DNA of 64,000 nucleotides, from contig OX597820.1 of the NCBI GenBank assembly GCA_951406725.2, positions 70,184,001 through 70,248,000 on the forward strand, in the 5' to 3' direction. Below the pieces are notes generated by a model. That model made no database searches. It was not told the DNA's origin and worked only from the letters and a program-made list of their open reading frames with translations. Every line of letters starts with the position of its first letter. Position 1 is the first letter of the stretch. This document shows positions 55,352 to 64,000 of the stretch, in pieces. The position numbers and the translations under genes were made by a program. The DNA comes from Octopus vulgaris. Its lineage: Eukaryota.

Positions 55352-56374
55352 TTGGGTTGCCCGGAAAGTTCATGGCGATTTTTAGTTCTTCATGCTCTAA
55401 CACGTTAGAACACGTGAAATGTATTGACGCATATAATATGCATACATTTCCGGTTAGTGCACACTTCAAATTATCTTTTGATACAGAAAGTTTAGAATTA
55501 CTTAATTCGTGTCAATGGAAGATTACAAGGTTCCTTTTAGACACTAGATGCCTTTTTATTACCGTAAAGGCAAAAATGCCTCGCAAGCAACAAAAAAGAT
55601 ATGTGCTGTGTACGGTGGAGGTGCTTTAGCTAAAGCTGATAGAACTGTACGGAAGTAGTTTGTGAAGTTTAAAGTTGGTGATTGTAGCCTTATTGATGAA
55701 GAACATTCAGGTAGACCCCTATTCCACCCTCACTTCAGATGACAACCAAATCAAGAGATTGATTGATAATAACCCGCATTACACACGCGGAAATTGGCAG
55801 AAACACTAAATTTATCAAAAATCCACAATTTCATGACCAGATGCACCTGGTGGGAGTAAAAAGGAATCCTGCACTATGAGCTTCTGTCAAGTAACCAGTC
55901 GAATAATTGTGAGAAGTATTGCTCGCAACTGGACGATTTAAAGGCAGCAATTCAAGAAAAACGCCCAGATTTGGCGAACAAGAAAGGTGCTGCTCTCCAT
56001 CAGGATAATGTCAGATATCACGTTTCTTTGGTGACCCGTCAAAAATTGTTGCTGCTTGACTGGGATGTGTTACCCCGCCCGCCATATTCACCAGACATTG
56101 CTCCTTCGGATTTTTATTTATTCAGATCCTTGCAAAATAATCTTTATGGTAAACATTTTAATTCTTTTAAGGACATAATAAACCAACTTAATGAGTTCTT
56201 TGTCAAGAAACCACCGCAATTCTGTGAAGTCGGAATCTTTAAGTTGAATGAAAGATGGACAAAGGTTGTGCAACAAAATGGTTCATATTTAATTGGATAA
56301 ATACTCAATGGCATAATTTTGTTTTGTCTTTTAATTTCCCTTAAAAACCGGCATGGACTTTCTGAACAACCCAA
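55352..56374 (+). mobile_element. degenerate mariner transposon
   Basis: Same TIR family. HQDNVRYH...PPYSPDIAPSDFYLF (mariner catalytic-domain motifs). Confidence 0.9.
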
Positions 56375-56734
56375 TGCACCGTACGTTGCAGAGCTACATA
56401 GTTTATTCGTAGAGTCAATGTTTTCATAATATGCAAATCGTTTCTGTCCAGTGGGCATCAACAGGAAGCCACACTCCGTTTATCTTTGCAAAAGAAGTAA
56501 TGATTTCAAAGAGAAGGGCCATGCGATGAAAGCAGTGTGGGCTTGCGGTGAGGATGTGGGGGTAGGATGGGGTATGTGGGAGTGGGATGTGTGGGAGAGG
56601 GGTGTTGATGGAGGGGCATTAGTTAAGGAAGAAGATGGGTATGAGTGAAGAGAGGAAGGTGTCAGGACAAGAGAAGAGAGGTGGGTAGGAGTGAAGGGAG
56701 GAAGTAGGTGTCAGATGAAGAGAAGAAGTAAATG

Positions 56735-56920
56735 TCAGACGAAGAGAGGAGGGGAGTCGAGCCCATGTGGCGCAAAGGAGCGAAGAGAGGAGATTAATTT
56801 CTGCTCATGGCGAAGGCGGGAGTCCGGATAGACCCTGTACAAAGACAATCCGAACACAGACAGGTGTTGTAATGAATGACCGGCAGAGCGGAAATGGTGC
56901 GAGACCGGGGTGTCATTAAG
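56735..56920 (-). mobile_element. PLE GIY-YIG endonuclease C-terminal fragment
   Basis: PVSHHFRSAGHSLQHLSV...RLRHEQKLISSLRSFAPHGLD matches the PLE C-terminal pattern (PV..HF...GH, R...E..+I..L....P.G+N). Confidence 0.7.
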
Positions 56921-57294
56921 CAGCAAGTATATCCGAGGTAATGTGGTACGATCGTTTCATGCTACTTCATTTCATTAAAAACTGTAAGTATTACATCAGT
57001 TTTAAAATGTCGAGCAATCTTCAGCCACTTATAGAAATGTTCCAATTTGCTGAACTTAATATATATATATATATATGTATATATACTTGTGTTTGTATGT
57101 GTGTTTGCGAGTGTATATGGGTGCGTGCGTGCATGTGTGTGTGTGTAGTTTACAGTATATTGATTTAGCTAGCCACCGCCATTTTCCTTTCCATCATTAC
57201 ATTATTCTCTTTCTTTCCTTTTGCTTCTTTTTGCTTTATAAAGGCTGTCTTCCACCCCAATTCTGCTGCAACAAACTTATATTTAACTAGCCAT

Positions 57295-57325
<31 letters not shown>

Positions 57326-57722
57326 TTTTTGTATCACACATTCGCCTTTGTTTTTTTTTATTTTTTAATGACATTTTTGTAGTTTATTCTTTTACGAGTT
57401 ATTTTTCTTCAAGTTTAAATTCCTAAAACGATATTTTTCCTTTACTGCAATTATTATAGCTATTAAAGTGTAAATTTAGCAATTATATGTAACTTTTACT
57501 CGTTTTTAATGTTCATGTCATTTTTCCGGATACGGCCATTTATTAATTTATTAATTATGAAAAGCCATATCCTATCCCATTAACTTTAAGTAAATATTTG
57601 ATGAATCACCGGACAATTATCACGGCATCATTTATGAACATTTATAAACATTGTGGAAGGTGTTTATAAGCCACTTAAGAAACACACAAAACCGTTAGAT
57701 TCACTTCAACATTTAAATTTAA

Positions 57723-57773
57723 TTTGTCAAAATATTTTCGTCGCTTTGAGACCGCGACCTGTTCACTGACAAA
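57723..57773 (-). ncRNA. type I hammerhead-like motif, G3-C8 core variant
   Basis: TTTGTCA-GTGAACA-G-GTCGC(GGTCTCAAA)GCGAC-GAAA-ATAT-TT-TGACAAA: 7-bp stem I, 5-bp stem II, palindromic stem III. Confidence 0.75.
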
Positions 57774-57802
57774 GCTTCGTGCTGCTTCGTGCAGCGCGAA
57801 GC

Positions 57803-57865
57803 TTTGTCAGTGAACAGGTCAGTGAACAGGTCGCGGTCCCAAAGCGACGAAAATATTTTGACAAA
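57803..57865 (+). ncRNA. type I hammerhead-like motif, G3-C8 variant (second arm, with 12-nt internal duplication)
   Basis: Mirror copy of 57723-57773 with GTCAGTGAACAG duplicated. Confidence 0.7.
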
Positions 57866-58321
57866 TTAAATTTAAATGTTGAAGTGAATCGAACGGCTTT
57901 TGTGTGTTTCTTAAATGTCTTGTAAACACCTTCCACGCTGCAATTGTTTTCGTTCCAGCACACGATCTTAGATCAAGTCACTTGCTATGCAAGTACATCT
58001 CCGTAATATAAACATTGTATTGTTCGAAAAGTTTACTGCTGTCTGATGATCAGCCTCATGAAACTGTGTGTAATAATTTGTGAACTTCATCGACTACAAT
58101 GAAAACTATATGATGCATACACGCATTCATCCACACACGCGCACGCGCGCACATACATACAAGCAAAAAACAAACATACACATGTATAGCACTAGCGAAG
58201 TTGTTTTATATGTTGTGCTATCCATTATATAAGCTATGTGAATTAACAGATATTTTGACTTGTTTCTTCGGTCTATATTTTATTATCTAACTATCCGTAT
58301 TTCACCCTGTTCCTTCTCTCT

Positions 58322-58400
<79 letters not shown>

Positions 58401-58402
<2 letters not shown>

Positions 58403-58668
58403 TTAAGTTAAGTTAATTTGGCTCAAAAAGCAAAAAGCAAGGCCATGTAGGTGGACATGGAGTTATGTACAGGCTGGTCTTCATGCAAAGGGTTCAGGCC
58501 ATTTCTGGTCAAGAGAGACCTTGAACCGAGCGGTCGTCGGCATCTTCACTATCTCGTCCGGCAGCTTATTCCACGGATCCGCAACCCGGACGAAGAAAGC
58601 CCCTCTCCTTCGATTGAGATGAAATCGTCGCAGATAGAGCTTTTCGGAGTGACCCCGCAGCCGACGCT
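58401..58668 (-). mobile_element. 3' end of a second CR1-like LINE with (TTAAC)n tail
   Basis: Minus-strand translation RRGAFFVRVADPWNKLPDEIVKMPTTARFKVSLD is the CR1-type C-terminus. The tail abuts (TA)n. Confidence 0.75.
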
Positions 58669-58672
58669 ATAT

Positions 58673-61650
58673 GATTTGATTTGATTTGATTTTGATTTTT
58701 CCAGTTTCAGCTTATGAGCTGTGGCCATGCTGGGGCACCGCCATTTGGTGTTGCTACTTGGTTTCACTTCATGAAGGCTTTCTAGCAACTGCTATTTGGT
58801 GCATGAGAGAGTTCGATGCAGCTGCCCTCATCTGCCCCTCCTGCCGTGAAGTTGGTTCATCTGGGACACCTGACAGGAAGAGATCCAGCTTCATTTTAAA
58901 GACATCTGTATCCACCCCATGCAGGTCTCTCAGGTTCTTCGGGAGGATATTGAAGAGCTGTGGGCCTCGGAAGCCCAGGCTATCACAGAATCTTGTCCTA
59001 CATCTTGATGGCAAGTTTGGAGTCCTAGGCACCACGCAGTGGCGCCCAGTTCTGGCATTTCCGTAACTCTCGATGCCAAAGTTCAGGACACTTCCCTCCA
59101 GGATCTTCCAGATGTATATTATGGCATATCTTTCCCGCCTACGCTCCAGGGAATATAATTTTAATTTCTTGAGTCTTTCCCAGTAGCTTACATTCTGCAT
59201 AGAGGCTATCTTCTTCGTGTAGCTACGTTGGATCGCCTCGAGCTCTGTGATCAACTTGACACTGGATGGTGACCATAACTGAGAGCAGTAGTCAAAGTGG
59301 CTTAGGACAAGTGTCCTCCAGAGGACCATCATGGTTTCTTGTTCTCTTGTTCTAAAGGTTCTGAGGATCCATCCGGCCAGTCGTCTACATTTCATTGCCA
59401 ATTTAGCAACATGTACACGAAAGGTCGCGTCATCACTCATGTAAATACCTAGGTCACGCACTGATTGTGCCTCTGGGATTGCTATTCCTCCGGGTCCAGT
59501 GTATTCATTGGGTATTGCATTTAGTTTTGCATGCTGATAGTATAGAGCTTGAAACTTTTCAGCATTGAACTGCATGCTATTCTTTTCGGCCCACTTGTAT
59601 ATTTTGTCTAGCTCACATTGCAGGTGTTTAGTGTCCTCAGGGTTCTGTATTGCCTGTGAAACTTTTGTATCATCTGCATAACTTGTGATCGTGGCTCTCT
59701 GCGTGGCTGAGGGCATGTCTGAGAGGGCCATTATGAACAGTAGTGGTCCCAGAACAGTGCCCTGCGGAACACCGCTCACTATTTGCGTGTTAATGGAAGT
59801 GGCCCCATTGGCCACTACCACCTGACTTCTATCTTTCAGAAAGTCATGAAGCCATTCTCCCAGTTTTCCAACTATGTTGAGATCACGCAGTTTGTGACAT
59901 ATCATTCCATGATCGACTTTATCAAAGGCCTTTGCAAAGTCGAGATATATCACTTCCACATTTGAGTGGTTGAGCAGCCGTTTCAGCACCCAGTCATAGT
60001 GTTGTAGGAGCTGAGTTAAACAGCTTCTCCCTGGTCGGAAACCATGTTGGGTGTCGGGCAGCAAGTCATTTTCTTCAAGGAAGGTGATCAGCCTCCTTCT
60101 GACTATTCGTTCCATGACCTTGCTGATGTGTGAGGTCAGAGAGATAGGTCTATAGTTCTTGGCTTCCGCTCTGCTACCTCCTTTATGAATGGGGCATATT
60201 TTACCTTCCTTCAGTTTTCTTGGAAGTTTGCCAGCTGCAAGGAAGCTCTGAAAGAGGAACTGCAGTGGTCTTGCTAGGACTCTCTTACATGCTTTTAGGA
60301 GGATTGCCGGGAATCCATCGGGGCCAGTAGCTGAATCTGTTTTCATTTCATCTATAGCCTTGATTACATCGTCTTCCTTTATATCGATGTAATCTATCGT
60401 CGCCGCCTCTGATTTTATATCTGCAGTGGTAAATAAGTCAGTTGGATTGGTGATTTGGAGATGCCCAAGGGGTGGAGTGAAAACACTCTTGAATTGCTCA
60501 TTCAGTATTTCACTTACCCTCATTGGTTTTCCTGTAAGTGTGCCATCCTTTTCGAGGAGTGGCCCTATTCTACAGTGCACCGTAGCTGTTTCTTTGGCAT
60601 ACCTGTAGAAAGCTCTGGGGTTAGATTTTATGTTGTCTATAGCCCAGGCTTCTTTGTCTGCTCTTTCCTTTTCATGGCAGAGTTTCAGACATTTTTCGAT
60701 TTCCAACAGTTTTATTTTTAGGCGGGACTTTTCACTGCTTTCAATCTGTTTGTTTAGGCGATTTGAAAATTTTGTACGCCGTCTCATTAGAATTTTCCTC
60801 TCTCTGGGGATTTTGTTCTTGTGTACAGTGGCCTTTCTCTCTGGGACATATTTGTAGCATATGGCTTGCATTACAGACATGAATTGTTGAAGTTTCACGT
60901 CGATGTCAGGCGAGGAGAGACATTTAGGCCAGTTTTGTTTGAGGATCTCTTTCTCAATTTGTTTCCAGTTTGCCTTATGGTAGTTCAAGCTGGAAAGATT
61001 CTGGGGTTTCTTGTAGGCTGCATGTCCGTGCTCTCTTTTGGCCCGTACATGGTCAGCTCTATCATGTTGTGATCCGAGAGTAGTGTCGGTGTCACTTTCA
61101 CATTATGGATGAGATCCATGTCATTTGTGAAGCAGAGATCCAGTGTGTTACCTGCCCTGGTTGGTTGGAGTATTACCTGCTCCATGTACAGGGTGTTGAT
61201 GAGGTTCAGGAGGGACCTCGCCTGTCCTCGTTCACATCTTGTCATTCCTGGGAGAGAAAGGCCCTCGGGCCATCTGACATTTGGCAGATTGAAGTCTCCC
61301 ATAAGAAGTACACTTATGTGTTGTTCTAATGTGGTTAGAACTTCTTCTATTTTTATAAGGCAGTCTTCAAACTTGCCCACATGGCTTGGGGCATCTGGAG
61401 GGCGATATGTAGCACACACAACTACATCAAGTTGCCTAATATGTACAATTAGTGTGTCACACACCGAGTTTGAGTATGACAAGAGGACCTGGGGTGTGAG
61501 GTCCTCACGGATGTACATAGCAACACCACCATGACTCCTTTCTTTCCTGTCGGTCCGTAGTACAGCATACTGTGGTATGTGTAACTCCGCATCTGCTATA
61601 TCCGGTTTCAGGTGCGTTTCCGTTAGTGCTATGCATAAGGCTTGATTGCA
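58673..61650 (-). mobile_element. 5'-truncated CR1-like LINE (APE endonuclease + RT)
   Basis: APE motifs (YRPPD, MGDFN, PTR.GN.LDL, SDH) at 60985-61518, frameshifted into a 739-aa RT ORF (YRPISLTS, QHGFR.GRS, YLDFAKAFDKV, GVPQG, YADD). (AAATC)n tail at ~58673-58698. Confidence 0.93.
58769..60988 (-). CDS. LINE reverse transcriptase ORF (739 aa)
   Basis: Uninterrupted ORF with all non-LTR RT motifs. Confidence 0.9.
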   Translation of the reverse strand: MNYHKANWKQIEKEILKQNWPKCLSSPDIDVKLQQFMSVMQAICYKYVPERKATVHKNKIPRERKILMRRRTKFSNRLNKQIESSEKSRLKIKLLEIEKCLKLCHEKERADKEAWAIDNIKSNPRAFYRYAKETATVHCRIGPLLEKDGTLTGKPMRVSEILNEQFKSVFTPPLGHLQITNPTDLFTTADIKSEAATIDYIDIKEDDVIKAIDEMKTDSATGPDGFPAILLKACKRVLARPLQFLFQSFLAAGKLPRKLKEGKICPIHKGGSRAEAKNYRPISLTSHISKVMERIVRRRLITFLEENDLLPDTQHGFRPGRSCLTQLLQHYDWVLKRLLNHSNVEVIYLDFAKAFDKVDHGMICHKLRDLNIVGKLGEWLHDFLKDRSQVVVANGATSINTQIVSGVPQGTVLGPLLFIMALSDMPSATQRATITSYADDTKVSQAIQNPEDTKHLQCELDKIYKWAEKNSMQFNAEKFQALYYQHAKLNAIPNEYTGPGGIAIPEAQSVRDLGIYMSDDATFRVHVAKLAMKCRRLAGWILRTFRTREQETMMVLWRTLVLSHFDYCSQLWSPSSVKLITELEAIQRSYTKKIASMQNVSYWERLKKLKLYSLERRRERYAIIYIWKILEGSVLNFGIESYGNARTGRHCVVPRTPNLPSRCRTRFCDSLGFRGPQLFNILPKNLRDLHGVDTDVFKMKLDLFLSGVPDEPTSRQEGQMRAAASNSLMHQIAVARKPS

Positions 61651-61734
61651 TATAACGTATATAACGATAAAACCGTTATATAAATACCGATCTTATCAGG
61701 TGGCTAGCATGGGAATAAAAACCTTCAAAGGTAA

Positions 61735-61910
61735 TAATTATTATTAAAATTATAATTTAGGGTATCTAAGAGATACCACCACGCTGGAGATAGCAGCCAA
61801 AACTTGACTCTTAAACCTCATTTAATGTTGTTTTGGAGTTAGGCTTTGGCTGCTATTTCCATCGTGGTGGTATTTCTTGGATACCCTAAATTATAATTTT
61901 AATAATAATT
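61735..61910. mobile_element. hairpin MITE (related copy at ~14448-14565)
   Basis: Long imperfect inverted repeat AAATTATAATTTAGGGTATCTAAGAGATACCACC... / ...GGTGGTATTTCTTGGATACCCTAAATTATAATTT. Confidence 0.7.
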
Positions 61911-61998
61911 ATACATAATATATATATGTGTGTGTATGTGTGTGTGTGTTTGTGTGTGTGTTTGTACACACACACATGCATACATACATACACACACA

Positions 61999-62032
<34 letters not shown>

Positions 62033-62231
62033 CATACATACATATACACACATACATCCACATATACCACATATAGACATGGGCATATGTATGAATGTGT
62101 ATGCATGTGCATATATGTATGTGTGTATGTTTGTGTGTGTTTGTGTTATACATATACACACACATTATCCACATATACCACACATACACATGAATATATG
62201 CATGCATGTATATATATGTGTGTGTGTGAGA

Positions 62232-62271
<40 letters not shown>

Positions 62272-62822
62272 ATAAGTTTGAACTTGTACGCACGCACACA
62301 CACACACGCACGCACGCACACACAAGCGCACACACAAGCGCACACGCATATATATAATGCGCATATATTTAGTTTTGACCTACTTTTATCTGGAAAATAC
62401 GGGTAGGTTTCCCCTCACTGCATAGTTAGCAAGAAATTTGCACTACCTGCCCCCAAGAATCAAATATAACCTTCAGAGTGATAAGTACAGATAGAATTAC
62501 GTCCGTTTATGTAAGTATCCATGTATGTTTTTTTTTCTCATATTAAGAGCATTACTACACGTAAATGCCTCACGCTATGAGGGACTCTTAAAGTCAAAAC
62601 TACCATAATAAATATACAGTGTATCGAACACAAAGGAATGCAACTTTGGAAGCCAACCCTTAAAAACAGATTCAGCTGCAATTCACATGATTTCACAGTT
62701 AGTTTACATAATCCACTTTCTTAATCGCCAGAACAAGCATAATCAAGACGCATAAAAAATTCACAAAATTCAAAATACCAGACGAACACCAAATGTATCC
62801 CAAAATATGTATGTATGTATAT

Positions 62823-62860
<38 letters not shown>

Positions 62861-63249
62861 ATGCATGTGCACACATACATGCATATATATATATGTATAC
62901 ATATATACGTATATATATGCACGCACATACACACACACATATATATATGTTATATACATATATATGTGATGTTGTCTTGAACAAGACACTTTATTTCACT
63001 TTGTACCAGCTCACTCAGCTGTAGAAATGAGTTGCAACATCACTGGTACCAAGCTGCATCGGTCTTTGCTTTTTCCTTGGATATCATCAGTGGCGTGGAG
63101 AGGGGAGGTATGCATGGGCGACTGCTGGTCTTCCATAAACAACCTTGACCGGACTTGTGCCTCGGAGGGTAATTTTCCAAATATAATTTCATGGTCCTTC
63201 AAAGATCGAATCTTTGAATTTCTGTGCGTTAAGATATGAAAAGTAAGAA

Positions 63250-64000
63250 CTTCTCTACCCTGATGAGGAAGGCTCTTCTTATCCATTACGGACATTACTG
63301 GCAACTCAAGCTAACTGCAGACAAGTGCGTCACCATGCATTTTGGGAGGAAAAATCCAGCTTTTACATACTCCCTCAGCAACACCAATCTCAAGAAGACG
63401 TGATCTGGGTATTATTGTAAACAACGATGTCCGTTGAACAAACCACATCTCTAAGATTGTCAAGATGGCTGAGGGAGTGCTAGCATCATTCAATAAGATT
63501 TTTGTCAGCCGCTCTCCAGCTATCTATTTAAAATTGTATACGACAATGGTACGTCCACAATTGGAACCCCTATTTTGCTCAGTCTGGAACCCCTATTTTG
63601 TTCAGCTTATAAATCTCCTGGAAACTGTTTAGAAACGTGCAACAAAACGATTACCCACCGTCAAACATCTACCATACTCTGAACGTCTTGCTTCACTGGG
63701 CATGGATACATTTAAGCTCAGACGTCTGGCAACTGACTTGGTTGACACCCACAAGATTATCCACCATCTTTCCAACAACAACCTTGGGCACCTTTTTGAA
63801 TTCCATATGACAAACACTCGCAGACATGCTTATAAAATCAAAAACACAACAGAACACCCACGACTTTTGGAAACATTTTTTCAGGCTCAGAATTGCTGAA
63901 GCATGGAATAAACTATCCGCATCAGTTGTTAGCTGTCGAGACACTATATCCTTCAAAACTTCCATGCTTCCTAAAATCCGCCAACAGGACACCTGATGCC
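63250..64000 (+). mobile_element. degenerate CR1-like LINE 3' region
   Basis: RDLGIIV...LY.TMVRP.LE...WNP...LPYSERL..LGMDTFKLRRL with stops and frameshifts. Confidence 0.85.

Larger units (their letters stand above)
57655..58006 (+). mobile_element. non-coding palindromic insertion (probable PLE pseudo-LTR derivative) with 12-bp TSD
   Basis: Arms ~57653-57785 and 57791-57936 around a 5-nt loop, then a 70-nt unpaired tail. Flanked by the direct repeat TATAAACATTGT at 57643-57654 and 58007-58018. Confidence 0.8.

Noticed and set aside
58031-58066. CTGATGA...GAAAC hammerhead candidate
   Set aside because: Stems I and II do not pair convincingly.

Overview
AT-rich, intron-dominated animal DNA dense in microsatellites and SINEs. 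The repeat content is most consistent with a coleoid cephalopod such as Octopus (inference). Two convergent genes can be pieced together from splice sites. On the + strand is a divergent bHLH-PAS-type factor (PAS-A/PAS-B exons at 132-24477, probably ending near 28652), with an apparent GC-AG intron and a candidate 42-nt cassette exon inside PAS-B. On the - strand are the last three coding exons of a threonine ammonia-lyase with a C-terminal ACT domain (53658->42581). Almost all ORFs in the supplied track are microsatellite or transposon artefacts. The rest of the window is mobile DNA: three tRNA-type SINE families, mariner relics and MITEs, CR1-like LINEs, restriction-like-endonuclease (R4/Dong-like) retrotransposon fragments next to (TAA)n and (TACA)n arrays, and Penelope-like elements (PLEs). 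The most striking signal is a set of minimal type I hammerhead-ribozyme-like motifs whose core 3-8 pair occurs in three covarying states (C3-G8, G3-C8, U3-A8), plus an A6U family. Two of these variants lie in palindromic insertions: a 4.4-kb PLE with ~1.5-kb inverted arms and a 350-bp non-coding hairpin element with a 12-bp target-site duplication. Repeat boundaries are approximate, and no database searches were run.
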